Below, piece by piece: positions 9,942 to 20,738 of a stretch of 64,000 bases of DNA. The notes under the pieces were generated by a model that was given only the letters and a program-made list of their open reading frames with translations, had not been told where the DNA came from and ran no database searches. The position numbers were made by a program, and so were the translations under genes. The stretch spans positions 32,001 through 96,000 of the forward strand of contig OZ250173.1 of the NCBI GenBank assembly GCA_965238075.1, given 5' to 3'. Numbering within the stretch: position 1 is the first letter of the stretch; every line of letters starts with the position of its first letter. Source of the stretch: Candidatus Entotheonellaceae bacterium (GTDB taxonomy: Bacteria > Tectomicrobia > Entotheonellia > Entotheonellales > Entotheonellaceae).

Positions 9942-10745
9942 ATGACGACACCTTCGGCGCCCTGGGGGGCGGACATGATTGAGGCCGGGGGCCTCAAGAT
10001 TGAGCTTGTGAAAGGCGGCAGCGGGCCGCCCCTGCTGGTGCTGCACGACGAGCTGGGGCATCCCGGCTGGTTGCGGTATCACGACGCCCTGGCTCGGCAT
10101 TACACCCTTTATCTGCCGTCGCATCCCGGCTTTGGACAATCCGAGCGCCCGGACTGGATCCTGACCATGCGGGATCTGGCCTGCTGGTACCTCGACGCGT
10201 TGGACGGGCTGGGGCTGCAGCAGGTGCCGGTCATCGGCGTCGGGCTGGGCGGCTGGTTGGCGGCAGAGATGGCGACTATGTGCCCGCGGCAGTTCGGCAA
10301 GCTGGTCCTGGTAGGTGCGCCGGGCATCAAGCCGCCGCACGGCGAGATCTACGATGTGTTCCTGGTGGTCGCCAGGGACTACCTGGCCGCCAGCTTCCAC
10401 GATGCCGCGAACTGCGCGGAGTACCAGGAATTGTACGGCGCCGACCCGACACCCGAACAGGTGGAGAACTGGGAAATGGCGCGTGAGATGGCCAGCCGGC
10501 TGAGTTGGCGGCCCTTCATGCACTCCCCGAGCCTGCCGTATCTGCTGCGCCGGCTGCGCGGGCTCCCTACCCTTCTGGCTTGGGGGCGGGAGGACGCTAT
10601 CGTGCCGTTGAGCGCCGCGGAGGTATATCAGGCGTCGATTCCAGGTGCGCAGTTGGCCGTTTTCGACCCATGCGGACATCACCCGGAAATCGAGCAGGCC
10701 GACGCCTTCGTGGAGCGGGTTGTGGCTTTTCTGGACAATGCCTGA
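9942..10745 (+). CDS. Alpha/beta hydrolase fold protein (nucleophile Ser absent)
   Basis: PLLVLHDELG, HPGFGQS, GVGLGG elbow, WGREDAIVP, CGHHPEIE. Confidence 0.85.
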   Translation: MTTPSAPWGADMIEAGGLKIELVKGGSGPPLLVLHDELGHPGWLRYHDALARHYTLYLPSHPGFGQSERPDWILTMRDLACWYLDALDGLGLQQVPVIGVGLGGWLAAEMATMCPRQFGKLVLVGAPGIKPPHGEIYDVFLVVARDYLAASFHDAANCAEYQELYGADPTPEQVENWEMAREMASRLSWRPFMHSPSLPYLLRRLRGLPTLLAWGREDAIVPLSAAEVYQASIPGAQLAVFDPCGHHPEIEQADAFVERVVAFLDNA

Positions 10746-11725
10746 TGCCGAACGTTTTGATTACCGCGCGGTATTTTGCCGTCGATCCCGAACCCCTCGA
10801 TTTGCTGCGGCGGAATGGGTGCTTCATCACCCACCCGGACATTGATTGGACCCTGGGCGACGCCAACGTGTCGCAAGCCCGCGCCATTGAGCTTCTGCAC
10901 GACGCGGATGGGGCGATTATTTCGTCGGTGCCCATTACCGCAGCGGTTCTCGACGCGGTGCCGCGGCTCAAGGTCATTGTCCTGCGCGGCGTGGGCTACG
11001 ACTCGGTGGACGTGCCCACTGCCACCGCGCGTGGTATTCCGGTGGCGGTGGCGCCGGGATTCACCGACAGCGTCGCCGATTACGTGTTTGGTTTGCTATT
11101 GGCGGTGGCGCGCCAGGTGGCGCAGGCGGATCGCGTGGTACGCGGCGGGCGCTGGGAGGTGCTGGTCAGCACCAACATCGCCGGCAAAACGCTGGGCATC
11201 ATCGGATTGGGGCGGATCGGCAAGGCGGTGGCGCGGCGTGCGCGAGGCTTCGACATGCCGATTCTGGCCACCGACGTGGTGCAGGACGAGGCATTCGCGG
11301 CGTCGCACGGCGTGCGGTACGTGACGCTGGAGGAGTTGCTGCGGCAGGCAGACATTGTGTCGATCAACGCCCCATTGCAGGGCGACACCCGTCATCTCAT
11401 CGACGCGCAAGCCCTCGCCTCAATGAAGCCGACGGCGTTTCTCATCAACACGGCGCGTGGCGACCTGGTCGATGAAGCCGCCCTGGCGGCAGCGTTGCGC
11501 GCTGGCCGCTTGGCCGGTGCCGGCCTCGACGTGTTTCACGACGAACCCCTGCAGGATAGCCCACTACGTGGCCTCGACAACGTTGTACTGTCCCCTCACC
11601 TCGCCGCTTACAGCCGGGAAGGCCTACGTGAAACCGGCGTTTTGGCGGCCCGCGCCGTCCTTGCCGTGCTGGCCGGCGGTCGCCCCGACGCGGCGCAATG
11701 GGTCAATCCCGAGGCGTCCGGTTAG
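10745..11725 (+). CDS. D-2-hydroxyacid / phosphoglycerate dehydrogenase family
   Basis: GVGYDSVD, GLGRIG, INTARG, GLDVFHDEP, SPHLA. Confidence 0.9.
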   Translation: MPNVLITARYFAVDPEPLDLLRRNGCFITHPDIDWTLGDANVSQARAIELLHDADGAIISSVPITAAVLDAVPRLKVIVLRGVGYDSVDVPTATARGIPVAVAPGFTDSVADYVFGLLLAVARQVAQADRVVRGGRWEVLVSTNIAGKTLGIIGLGRIGKAVARRARGFDMPILATDVVQDEAFAASHGVRYVTLEELLRQADIVSINAPLQGDTRHLIDAQALASMKPTAFLINTARGDLVDEAALAAALRAGRLAGAGLDVFHDEPLQDSPLRGLDNVVLSPHLAAYSREGLRETGVLAARAVLAVLAGGRPDAAQWVNPEASG

Positions 11726-11745
11726 CGCCATCTGACCTGAGGTCA

Positions 11746-13368
11746 TTATGGCATCGTGATCAAGCCGGGCTCGTACCGTTCGCACGGCTCCAATCCCATG
11801 AGTTGGATTACCGTATTGGCAACGTTCGCCAGCGTGCGGACCTGCCCTTGCCGCAGTTGGTAGTGATTGACCCCTGCTGGGTCGTACAGGTAGAACGGCA
11901 CCGGGCTCAGGCTGTGTGAGGTCTTGGGCGGCAGCGCGGCGTCAAGGGCTTCCCAGTCGGGCACTTGGCCGGACTTGACGTCGAACATCTCGTCGCAGTT
12001 GCCGTGGTCGGCGGTGATGAGCAATACGGTGTTGCTCGCCTCGGCCGCCCGGATCAGCCTGCCCAGCATCATGTCCAGCGTCGAGACGGCCACCACCGTC
12101 GCCGGCAAATCGCCGGTATGCCCTACCATATCTCCATTCGCCAAGTTGATACGGCCAACGTCGAAGCTGCCGCTGCGCATGCGCGCCACGGTGGCGTCGG
12201 TGATCTCCGCGGCTTTCATCCAGGGCCGTTGATCAAAACGGATGCCCTCGTCCGACGGAATTTCGAGGTATTCCTCGAGGGCGCGGTCAATGTAGCCCGA
12301 CCTGTTACCATTCCAGAAGTAAGTCACGTGCCCGAACTTCTGCGTTTCGCTGCAGGCGAACTGCCGCAGCTTGCGATTCACGAAGAACTCGCTCAGGGTG
12401 TGGTCGATCTCCGGCGGCGCCACGAGGTAGTGTTCGGGGATGGCGAGATCGCCGTCGTACAGCATCATACCGGCGTAGAAGGTGTTGGGACGGCGAACCC
12501 GATCAAAGTGCGAAAAGTCTGCGTCACAGAAGGCCTTTGACATCTCGATGGCGCGGTCGCCGCGGAAGTTGAAAAAGACGCCGCCGTCGCCGTCGTGAAT
12601 CGGCCCGACGGGTTGGCCGCCCTCGTCGGTGATGACGAACTCGGGCAGATACTGATCGCCCACGTCGGTGTCCTTGCGGAAGGCTTGCAGGGCCGCGGTG
12701 AGTGACGGGAAGCCCTGCCCTTCGCCCAGCACGTGCACCCGCCAGCCCCGTTGTACCATGCCCCAATCGGCCTCGTAACGATCCATCGTGATGCGCATGC
12801 GCCCACCCCCGGATGCGGCCAGCACGTCGAAATCGGGGCTGCGCAACTCGGCCATGGTTCGTTCCAAACGCTCCACGTAGGTCTCAGCTGACTTTTCGCC
12901 CACGTCACGGCCATCGAAGAGTATGTGCACCCGGACCCGCTTGACGCCGTCGGCTTTGGTCCGCGCCAGCATGGCGTACAAGTGCTGCTCATGCGAATGC
13001 ACGTTGCCGTCGGACAGCAGGCCGAGGAAGTGCAGCGTTCGGTCGTGCGAGCCGACGTAGGACAGCAAGTCGCGCCAGGTGCGGCCCGAAAAGATGCGTT
13101 CGGAAGCGATGGCCTGCCCGACCAGCGTGGCGCCCTGCGCAAAAACCCGCCCGGCGCCGAGGGCGCTGTGCCCCACCTCGCTGTTGCCGATGTCGTCGTC
13201 GCTCGGCAGGCCGACCGCGGTGCCGTGGGCTTGCAGCGTAGTATAGAGCCCGTGTTGCCTGAGCCAGTTCATGGCCGGCGTCCAGGCGAGCCGTACGGCG
13301 TTGCCGAATCGTTCCTCACGTACCCCAACGCCATCCATGACGACGACCAAAACCCGTCTATCGCTCAC
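11746..13368 (-). CDS. gpmI: 2,3-bisphosphoglycerate-independent phosphoglycerate mutase
   Basis: MDGVG, GNSEVGH, SDGNVHSH, FNFRGDR, ETQKFGHVTYF, DMVGHTG, TADHGN. Confidence 0.95.
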   Translation of the reverse strand: MSDRRVLVVVMDGVGVREERFGNAVRLAWTPAMNWLRQHGLYTTLQAHGTAVGLPSDDDIGNSEVGHSALGAGRVFAQGATLVGQAIASERIFSGRTWRDLLSYVGSHDRTLHFLGLLSDGNVHSHEQHLYAMLARTKADGVKRVRVHILFDGRDVGEKSAETYVERLERTMAELRSPDFDVLAASGGGRMRITMDRYEADWGMVQRGWRVHVLGEGQGFPSLTAALQAFRKDTDVGDQYLPEFVITDEGGQPVGPIHDGDGGVFFNFRGDRAIEMSKAFCDADFSHFDRVRRPNTFYAGMMLYDGDLAIPEHYLVAPPEIDHTLSEFFVNRKLRQFACSETQKFGHVTYFWNGNRSGYIDRALEEYLEIPSDEGIRFDQRPWMKAAEITDATVARMRSGSFDVGRINLANGDMVGHTGDLPATVVAVSTLDMMLGRLIRAAEASNTVLLITADHGNCDEMFDVKSGQVPDWEALDAALPPKTSHSLSPVPFYLYDPAGVNHYQLRQGQVRTLANVANTVIQLMGLEPCERYEPGLITMP

Positions 13369-13428
13369 GCGGTGTCCTTCAGTTGGAGGGAACTCTTTGC
13401 CAGGTTCCCATTGCAGGCTGTCACCAGA

Positions 13429-14853
13429 CTACAGCGTCCGCTGGAGGGCTGCTTGGGCAGCGAAGTAGCCGCTCATGCCGTGCACCCCGCCGCCCGGTGG
13501 CGTGGAGGCGGAACAGATAAACAGCCTTCTGTCCGGCGTTGCGTAGGGCGTCAGCCGTACGGCGGGTCGCGTGAAAAGCTGGTGCAAATCCTGCACGCCA
13601 CCGCTGATGTCGCCGCCCACATAATTGGAATTGTATTGTTCCAGCGCCGCGGGCGCCATGATGTGGCGAGCCAGCACACGTTCTTGGAACCCAGGGGCAA
13701 AGCGTTCGATCTGGCTTTCAATGTGTTCAGACATGTCAAACGTTGAGCCGTGCGGCACGTGGCAGTAGGCCCAGGCGGTATGCTGACCGGCAGGCGCGCG
13801 GGTGTCGTCGAACAGGCTTGCCTGGGCCAGAATCACGAACGGCCGTTCGCTGTGTTGACCGTTGAAGGCGGCCTGCTCGGCGTCGGCAATTTCGTGCAGC
13901 GTGCCTCCCAGATGGACGGTAGCGGCGCGCTGGCACACCTCGGCGCGCCACGGGATCGGGCCGTCGAGCGCCCAGTCCATCTTGAAGACGCCCGGACCGT
14001 AGCGATAGCGCTCCAGTTGTCGCCGATAATAATTTGGCAGGCGATGCCCGGCCAGTGGCAGCATCTGGCGCGGCGTCACGTCCAGGAGCACAACGCGACT
14101 CGGCGGCACGTCGTCCACGCAGGCAACCGGCGCGTTTGCTTGGATCTCCCCGCCCAGTGATGTCAGATACGACGCCATGGCGTCGGCTAGGCGTTGCGAG
14201 CCGCCGCGCACGAGCGGCCAGCCGACCGTGTGCCCCAGAATGCCCAGCACCAAGCCAAACGCCGCAGTGGGGCGTTTATCGAGCGGTAGAACGGCGTGTG
14301 CAGCCAGACCGGCGAAAAGTGCCTTCGCCGCGTGGCCGGCAAACTGAGCTTCCGCCAGGGTTTGCGCCGAACGCAGGCCGGGTAGGCCGAAACGGGCCAG
14401 TAGCAAGGGGTGCCGCGGTAAGCGCAAAGGGCCCAGTAGCATGTCCATTAGCGGTTCCCAGTGCCGCACCAGCGGGGCCATCAGATCCACATAGGCACTA
14501 CCGTCGGCACCCAAGGCGACGCTGGTCCCTTGCAAGGACCGTTCGAGCAGCAGCGCCGATCCGTCGTCCAGGGGATGCGCCAATGCGGCGTCCGGCTCGA
14601 CCCAGGTCGCGCCGTGGTCGGCGAGGGGCAGCGAACGGAAAAACGGCGATGCTTTGGCCAACGGGTGAATCGCTGCGCAGACGTCGTGTACGAATCCGGG
14701 CAGGGTCAACGGCTTCGAGCGTAGCCCGCCGCCGACCGTTTCAGCGGCTTCGAGAACCAGCACCGAGCAACCGGCCCGAGCCAGCGTGATTGCAGCGGCG
14801 AGGCCGTTCGGACCGGAGCCCACCACAACTGCGTCGTAATCCACAGACGGCAT
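13429..14853 (-). CDS. Phytoene-dehydrogenase-like NAD(P)/FAD oxidoreductase
   Basis: [31 protein letters not shown]. Confidence 0.9.
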   Translation of the reverse strand: MPSVDYDAVVVGSGPNGLAAAITLARAGCSVLVLEAAETVGGGLRSKPLTLPGFVHDVCAAIHPLAKASPFFRSLPLADHGATWVEPDAALAHPLDDGSALLLERSLQGTSVALGADGSAYVDLMAPLVRHWEPLMDMLLGPLRLPRHPLLLARFGLPGLRSAQTLAEAQFAGHAAKALFAGLAAHAVLPLDKRPTAAFGLVLGILGHTVGWPLVRGGSQRLADAMASYLTSLGGEIQANAPVACVDDVPPSRVVLLDVTPRQMLPLAGHRLPNYYRRQLERYRYGPGVFKMDWALDGPIPWRAEVCQRAATVHLGGTLHEIADAEQAAFNGQHSERPFVILAQASLFDDTRAPAGQHTAWAYCHVPHGSTFDMSEHIESQIERFAPGFQERVLARHIMAPAALEQYNSNYVGGDISGGVQDLHQLFTRPAVRLTPYATPDRRLFICSASTPPGGGVHGMSGYFAAQAALQRTL

Positions 14854-15054
14854 CAGGCGCCTCGTTTTTCGCAGGTAACGGAATTAGAGGAAACCAGTGA
14901 CGATGGCACAACCTGGAGGTTGTCGATGCGTCGCCAAGGCCGCAACAGCGCACTTTCCGGTTGACTCCGAACGCTGCTGCAAGCAGGATGATTGCCTTCG
15001 AAAGTCAGTCTCATTTGATTGCTATGGAAATGGGCTGTCCAACACCCACAAAGC

Positions 15055-15151
15055 GTCATTCCGGGCTTGACCCGGAATCCAGGACCTTCGTTTGGGGTAG
15101 GCTTCTGGCCCTCCACAAAACCTTACGGACCCCGGCTTCCGCCGGGGTGAC
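15055..15151. repeat. Inverted pair of REP-like palindromes (GTCAyyCC...GGrrTCC family)
   Basis: gtcattccgggcttgacccggaatcca at 15055-15081 and an oppositely oriented copy at 15127-15151. Confidence 0.8.
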
Positions 15152-15237
15152 GGGGCCTGGTTCCATCACCGTTACGTGGCCTGCAGGCCAAAAGGATTCT
15201 AACGACAACGTGTTCCGCAAGAGCAGGAGTCCGTTTT

Positions 15238-16206
15238 ATGAAAGCTGTACGTGTCCACGAGTTTGGCGGCCCCGAGGCGATGAGCTACGATGAGGTTCCC
15301 ACCCCGTCGCCCGGCGAGGGCCAGGTGCTGGTGAAACTGGCGGCCAGCGGCCTGAATTACATCGATGTCTACCAGCGCACCGGCTCGTATCCCAATGCTC
15401 TGCCCTACACCCTCGGCCTGGAAGGCTCCGGCATCGTGGCAGGCGTGGGAGCCGGAGTCGCCACGTTCAAGGAAGGCGATCCGGTCACCTGGACTGGCGT
15501 GCCCGGCGCCTATGCCGAATATGCCGTGGTGCCCGAGCAGCGCCTGGTGCGCATGCCCGACGGGCTGGACGTCAAAGTGGGTGCGGCAGCCATGCTGCAG
15601 GGAATGACGGCGCACTATCTTGTCAAAACTACCTACCCTCTCAAGGCCGGTGACGCCTGTCTGGTGCATGCGGCGGCCGGCGGCGTCGGTCTGTTGCTGG
15701 TGCAGATGGCCAAGCAATGCGGCGCGCGGGTGTTCGGCACCGTCTCAACCGAGGAAAAGGCCGCTCTGGCGCGGGATGCCGGTGCCGACGGCGTGATCCT
15801 CTACACCGAGCAGGATTTTGAGGCCGAGGTGAAGCGCCTGACCGACGGCAAGGGCGTGCAGGTGGTTTACGACGCGGTAGGCAAAACGACGTTTGAAAAA
15901 AGCCTGAACTGTCTGGCGCCGCTGGGTTACATGGTCCTCTACGGGGCTTCCAGCGGGCCGGTGCCGCCGTTCGATGCCGCCGTTCTCGGCGCCAAGGGGT
16001 CATTGTTCCTCACTCGGCCCAGCCTGTTCCACCACATCCCCGACCGCGCCAGTCTCGAACAGCGTGCCGGCGACGTCCTCAACTGGGTCGCCGATGGTAG
16101 CCTCAAGCTGCGCATGGAGCACAACTTCGCCTTGTCCGAGGTGGCGGAAGCGCATCGCAGCCTGGAAGGACGAAAGACCACCGGCAAGGTGTTGTTGATT
16201 CCGTAG
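15238..16206 (+). CDS. qor: NADPH:quinone oxidoreductase (zeta-crystallin type)
   Basis: GLNYIDVYQRTG, HAAAGGVG, KGSLFLTRPSL, RKTTGKVLL. Confidence 0.9.
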   Translation: MKAVRVHEFGGPEAMSYDEVPTPSPGEGQVLVKLAASGLNYIDVYQRTGSYPNALPYTLGLEGSGIVAGVGAGVATFKEGDPVTWTGVPGAYAEYAVVPEQRLVRMPDGLDVKVGAAAMLQGMTAHYLVKTTYPLKAGDACLVHAAAGGVGLLLVQMAKQCGARVFGTVSTEEKAALARDAGADGVILYTEQDFEAEVKRLTDGKGVQVVYDAVGKTTFEKSLNCLAPLGYMVLYGASSGPVPPFDAAVLGAKGSLFLTRPSLFHHIPDRASLEQRAGDVLNWVADGSLKLRMEHNFALSEVAEAHRSLEGRKTTGKVLLIP

Positions 16207-16217
16207 TGCAGCGGAAT

Positions 16218-16247
16218 GTCGGATTATGCTTCGCTAACCCGACCTAC
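16218..16247 (-). repeat. GTAG-type REP element
   Basis: Minus strand GTAG-GTCGGGTTA-GCGAAGCA-TAATCCGAC: GTAG foot plus hairpin between convergent genes. Confidence 0.65.
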
Positions 16248-16294
16248 AGCTCCTAAAAGCGGGCGGGGACCGCAACGGCCCGCTCGCCTCAACC

Positions 16295-17812
16295 TCAGGC
16301 TTCGTGCCCCCAGCGCGACTTTACGGCTTCCCGGTCAACCTCATGGGCGTCCGTCCTCGGCAGCGCATCGGTAAACACGACCCACTTCGGTTTTTTGTAG
16401 CGGGCGATTCTGCCGGCCACGTGATCAATGACCTGATTGGCGCTCAGACCGCTATCGCTGCTCTCGATGACGGCCTTGATGGCCTCGCCCCACTGGGCAT
16501 CGGGCACGCCAAAAACGCACACCGCACTCACGCCCGGTATCTCCCTGATGACGGTCTCGACCTCGGCGGGATAGACGTTTTCCCCACCCGGCTTGATCAA
16601 TTCCTTCTCCGGCCTGCGGCCTACGTAATGTAAAAAACCGTCCCCGTCAAAGCGTCCCACGTCGCCGGTGTGATGCCAGCCGCCCCGAAAGGTGTAGTCG
16701 GTCTCTTCCTGCTGAGCATAATAACCCTGGAACACCACGAATCCGCGCGCCAGAATTTCGCCCGCCGTGCCGACCGGCACCTCGCGGTCGTATTCGTCAA
16801 CCAGCCGTACGCGGCATAGCGGCGCCACCCTGCCCGCGGCGCCCGGTCGTTCGACGGCGCGTTGCAGGGTGATGAAGCCGCTGGTTTCGGTCTGGCCATA
16901 GCCCGTCCAGAACTGCGCTTGGGTATTGGCCTGCAGGCGTCCGATGACCTCCGCCCCTTCGAGGCCGGCAACGTGTTTCAGGCTGGGCAGGCGGCTGTCG
17001 GCCGCCTCCGCGGCGTCCAGAATCGATCCGAGAACGGGGGGAAAACTGGTCAGATAGGTGACGTTGTGCGTGTCGATGAGCCGCACGGCCTGGGTGGCGT
17101 CGAAACGGGCCGTCAGCACGTTGGCGCCGCCGGCGTGCATGGTGGCGAGCGCCGCGCCCAAGGCGGCGATGTGAAACAGCGGCAGCGCCAGGAGATTGCA
17201 GTCGGACGCAGTGAGATCCATGCAAACCATGGTTTGCAGGTTGGCCGCCATCAGGTTGTTGTGCGTCAGCACGGCGCCGCGCGGAATCACATCCACCGCG
17301 GCGGTGGAGATCACCGCGAACGGGTCGTCGCCCGCGACCGGGCCGGGGGCTTCGTCGGGGCCGGAATCGGCGTAGAGTGTGTCGAAGGCGGCAAACGGGC
17401 CGGAGGGAATTGATCCAAAGGTATACCAGTGAGAAATGTCGGTGCTCGCTGGCCAATCCGCCACCGCCGGCTGCGTGGCGGCATCGACGACCATCATGCT
17501 CGGCTCGGCCCGCTCGACGATGCGGAGGACCTCATCTGCCGTCAGGCGCCAGTTGATCGGATAGGCCAGAATGCCCAGCTTGGCGCAGGCGCCGTAGAGG
17601 TCCAGGTAGCCGGGGTGGTTCTGTGCCAGAATGCAGATGCGCTCGCCTTTCCGGATCGGCAATGCCGCGAAGCCGCTCGCCAAGGCATCGACGCGGGCAA
17701 GAAATTCGCGGAAATTAACCTCGCCCTGTTCGTGAATAACCGCCGGCCGTCCGCCGGATTGTGCGGCGTTGCGCAGCAGCATGTCGTACAGCGTGAACGT
17801 CTGCACGGACAC
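16295..17812 (-). CDS. Acyl-CoA synthetase (AMP-binding) family
   Basis: LPLFHI, GYGQTE, HHTGDVG, IKPGGENVYPAEVE; GTG start with AAGGAG RBS. Confidence 0.88.
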   Translation of the reverse strand: MSVQTFTLYDMLLRNAAQSGGRPAVIHEQGEVNFREFLARVDALASGFAALPIRKGERICILAQNHPGYLDLYGACAKLGILAYPINWRLTADEVLRIVERAEPSMMVVDAATQPAVADWPASTDISHWYTFGSIPSGPFAAFDTLYADSGPDEAPGPVAGDDPFAVISTAAVDVIPRGAVLTHNNLMAANLQTMVCMDLTASDCNLLALPLFHIAALGAALATMHAGGANVLTARFDATQAVRLIDTHNVTYLTSFPPVLGSILDAAEAADSRLPSLKHVAGLEGAEVIGRLQANTQAQFWTGYGQTETSGFITLQRAVERPGAAGRVAPLCRVRLVDEYDREVPVGTAGEILARGFVVFQGYYAQQEETDYTFRGGWHHTGDVGRFDGDGFLHYVGRRPEKELIKPGGENVYPAEVETVIREIPGVSAVCVFGVPDAQWGEAIKAVIESSDSGLSANQVIDHVAGRIARYKKPKWVVFTDALPRTDAHEVDREAVKSRWGHEA

Positions 17813-17838
17813 GGGGTTCTCCTTCCTCGGCGTGGGGG

Positions 17839-18516
17839 CTACGCGGCAATCGGCGTGGTGACGAAAACGCGGAAATTGGCGCGTAGCGACGCTGTCTCTC
17901 GGATGGCGAAGCCTGCCTCGGCCAGCAGCCATTGCCAATCCTCGGTGGTGTACTTGTTGTGCACCGGGAAGAGGCGGAACCAGCGCCGCAGGCTGTCCTG
18001 CCGTTCTTCGCCCTCCCCTTCGACGCGCGAGTCGAGGTACTCGGTCAGCGGTGCGCGCACCCAATCGTTCAGGAAGAAAATGCCCTCCGGGGCGAGAAGC
18101 CGGCGGATTTCCGCCAGTATCGGCAGCGGCTCGTCCAGCAGGTGCAGGATGGCCGTCATGTTGATCAGGTGTACCGAGCCGTCGGCCAGTGGGACGGGCT
18201 GCGCGGTCAGGTCGTGCACCGCGAGAGTCGGTTTCGGACCCGCGTAGGTCACCTCCTCCTGCGCATAAGTGATCATGGCCGGCGTGAGGTCATATCCGTG
18301 CAAGGCGGAGCCGGGGAAACGCCGGCTGAGATCGCGGAGAAACAATCCTGGGCCGCAGCCAAGGTCCACAATGGTGGGCCGACCCGGCAGGTTTGGTGAC
18401 ACGTGCGTATCGAAATAGCTCCGGAAGGCCTCGTCGTGGCGCTCTGCGTGACTGTCAACCATGCGCTCGACGAATTCCGTATCCGATATGCCGCTGATGC
18501 TTTGATGGGTGGCCAT
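17839..18516 (-). CDS. Class I SAM-dependent methyltransferase
   Basis: VDLGCGPG motif I; RLLAPEG. Confidence 0.88.
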   Translation of the reverse strand: MATHQSISGISDTEFVERMVDSHAERHDEAFRSYFDTHVSPNLPGRPTIVDLGCGPGLFLRDLSRRFPGSALHGYDLTPAMITYAQEEVTYAGPKPTLAVHDLTAQPVPLADGSVHLINMTAILHLLDEPLPILAEIRRLLAPEGIFFLNDWVRAPLTEYLDSRVEGEGEERQDSLRRWFRLFPVHNKYTTEDWQWLLAEAGFAIRETASLRANFRVFVTTPIAA

Positions 18517-18640
18517 AGTCTCCTCGGCGATTCCTTCCTTTGGGGGCAAGCTGCACTATAATGACGCTGCTACTATACATGAGCAAAATGATCGACAACA
18601 GGGCTGGCGTGCGCCGACGGTGCCAGCGTGAGGACGACGG

Positions 18641-19654
18641 ATGGCACCCTTCCAACTCCAATCGCCTCTCGACATGCACCTGCACTTACGCGAGGGCGAC
18701 CTGCTGAGTCTCGTGGCGCCGCTGAGCGCCCGCCCCTTTGCCGGCGCGGTTATCATGCCCAACCTGGTGCCGCCTGTCGACAATGCGGCACGCCTCGATA
18801 GTTACCGCGCCGCTGTCGACGCGGCCGTTGGGGATGCAGCCTTCGAGCCCTACATGACGCTGTTCTTCCGCCCGTACACTGCGGACGAGCTTGAGGCGAT
18901 GCACTCGCGCATCATCGGCATCAAGCTCTATCCGGCCGGCGTCACCACCAACAGCGAGGCCGGTGTGCGGGCCTTGCAAGAGGCGGAACCGACGCTGACC
19001 TTGATGCAGGAGCTTGACATTCCCTTGTTGGTGCACGGTGAGAGCACGGGTTTCGTCATGGACCGCGAGGTGGAATTCATGCCAGTGTACGAACACTTGG
19101 CGCGAACCTTTCCACGCCTGCGTATCGTGATGGAACATATCACCACGCGGCAGGCCGTGGCGTTTCTCGACCGCTATGCCAAAGTCTTCGCCACCGTCAC
19201 GCTGCACCATCTCGTGCTGACGCTGGACGACGTGGCGGGCGGGCTATTGGCGCCGCACCTGTTTTGCAAACCCATCGCCAAACGACCGGACGACCGCGAC
19301 GCCTTGCTCGCTGCCGCGCTCAGCGCCCATCCCAAGCTGATGTTCGGCAGCGACTCGGCGCCGCATCCGCGGCACAGCAAGGAGTGCGCCGGCTGCGCCG
19401 CCGGGGTGTTCACGGCCCCGGTCGCGCTGCCGATGCTTGTGGAACTCTTCGACAAGCACGACGCTTTGGATAACCTGCAAGCCTTCGTTTCCGGGAACGC
19501 CCGGCGCATTTATTGTCTCACGCCGATGCCCAAGACGGTTTCTTTCCTTAAGGAAGCAACCACCATTCCGTCGCATTATGGGACGGTCGTGCCGTTCGGC
19601 GCCGGCAGGACCGTGGCATGGCGATTGCTTGCCGCTGGCCAACCGCCCGTTTGA
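18641..19654 (+). CDS. pyrC: Dihydroorotase (homodimeric type)
   Basis: [44 protein letters not shown]. Confidence 0.95.
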   Translation: MAPFQLQSPLDMHLHLREGDLLSLVAPLSARPFAGAVIMPNLVPPVDNAARLDSYRAAVDAAVGDAAFEPYMTLFFRPYTADELEAMHSRIIGIKLYPAGVTTNSEAGVRALQEAEPTLTLMQELDIPLLVHGESTGFVMDREVEFMPVYEHLARTFPRLRIVMEHITTRQAVAFLDRYAKVFATVTLHHLVLTLDDVAGGLLAPHLFCKPIAKRPDDRDALLAAALSAHPKLMFGSDSAPHPRHSKECAGCAAGVFTAPVALPMLVELFDKHDALDNLQAFVSGNARRIYCLTPMPKTVSFLKEATTIPSHYGTVVPFGAGRTVAWRLLAAGQPPV

Positions 19655-19680
19655 CACTGCTTTGATGTTAGTGGTATACA
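19651..19680 (+). promoter_or_regulatory. Putative sigma70 promoter
   Basis: TTGACA-18 nt-TATACA with TG extension, upstream of the DUF58 gene. Confidence 0.5.
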
Positions 19681-19793
19681 AAGGGCCTCGTGACAGGTCG
19701 TCTTTGACCCCTTGCCACCTTGTTATCCGAGCGTGAAGGTTCTCAACCCAGGCTCCCCACTGCAGCCCCCAAAAGAACGGTGCCGATTTTTCC

Positions 19794-20678
19794 ATGATTT
19801 CGTCGGAACTCTACCACCAAGTACGCCGCCTGCACATCCGCACAAACCGGCTGGTCAACGAAACATTTGGGGGCGAATACCTGAGCGCCTTCAAAGGGCA
19901 TGGCATGGAGTTTGCCGAGGTGCGCGAATATGCGCCTGGTGACGACGTGCGCAGCATTGATTGGAACGTCACGGCGCGGCGAGGCCATCCGTACATCAAG
20001 CGTTATGTGGAGGAGCGGGAGCTGACCGTCATGTTGCTGGTCGACCTCAGCGCCTCCGGGCAGTTCGGCAGCGTCAGTCGGTTGAAAATGGACATTGGTA
20101 CGGAGTTGTGTGCGGTGCTGGCGCTAAGCGCCATCACCAACAACGACCGCGTTGGGCTGTTGCTGTTCACGGATAAGATCGAAAAGTTCGTGCCGCCGCA
20201 GAAGGGCAAGCGCCACGGGATGCGGATCATGCGGGACCTGCTTTATTTTCAGCCACAACAGCGGCGCACGGACGTGGGGCTGGCGTTGGACTTTCTGCAT
20301 CACATCAGCCGGCGTCGCACGGTCAGTTTCCTGGTTTCCGACTTCATGACGTCGGGGTATGACATGCCCCTGCGCGTCGCGCACCGGCGCCACGACATGA
20401 TTCCGATCAGCATTACCGACCGCCGTGAGGCCAGCCTGCCGCAACTCGGTCTGGTCGCCCTGCAGGACCTTGAGACCGGTGAATATATGCTGGTTGACAC
20501 GGCCAGCGATGCGGTACGTGAAAACTACCAACGCCGCCGGGAAACCGAGGTCGAACAGCGCCAGCACTTGTTCAAGTCACTGCGCATCGATTCCATCGAG
20601 GTGAATACGGAGGAGCCCTATATTCGTCCCCTGCTGCGGTTCTTCCGGCAGCGGGAGCGGCGCGGCGCCAGGACCTAG
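19794..20678 (+). CDS. DUF58 family protein (MoxR-associated)
   Basis: KGHGMEFAEVREYAPGDDVRSIDWNVTAR, EERE, LVSDF. Confidence 0.92.
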   Translation: MISSELYHQVRRLHIRTNRLVNETFGGEYLSAFKGHGMEFAEVREYAPGDDVRSIDWNVTARRGHPYIKRYVEERELTVMLLVDLSASGQFGSVSRLKMDIGTELCAVLALSAITNNDRVGLLLFTDKIEKFVPPQKGKRHGMRIMRDLLYFQPQQRRTDVGLALDFLHHISRRRTVSFLVSDFMTSGYDMPLRVAHRRHDMIPISITDRREASLPQLGLVALQDLETGEYMLVDTASDAVRENYQRRRETEVEQRQHLFKSLRIDSIEVNTEEPYIRPLLRFFRQRERRGART

Positions 20679-20738
20679 GCGTAAAATGCCCTGAAAAGCC
20701 TTCGCTGTTCCCTGCCCCGCAATTGGAGCCTGCTCAAC

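Noticed and set aside
14853-15237. Short ORFs 14853..15116 and 14961..15293
   Set aside because: They run across REP-like repeats in an intergenic region and show no protein features.
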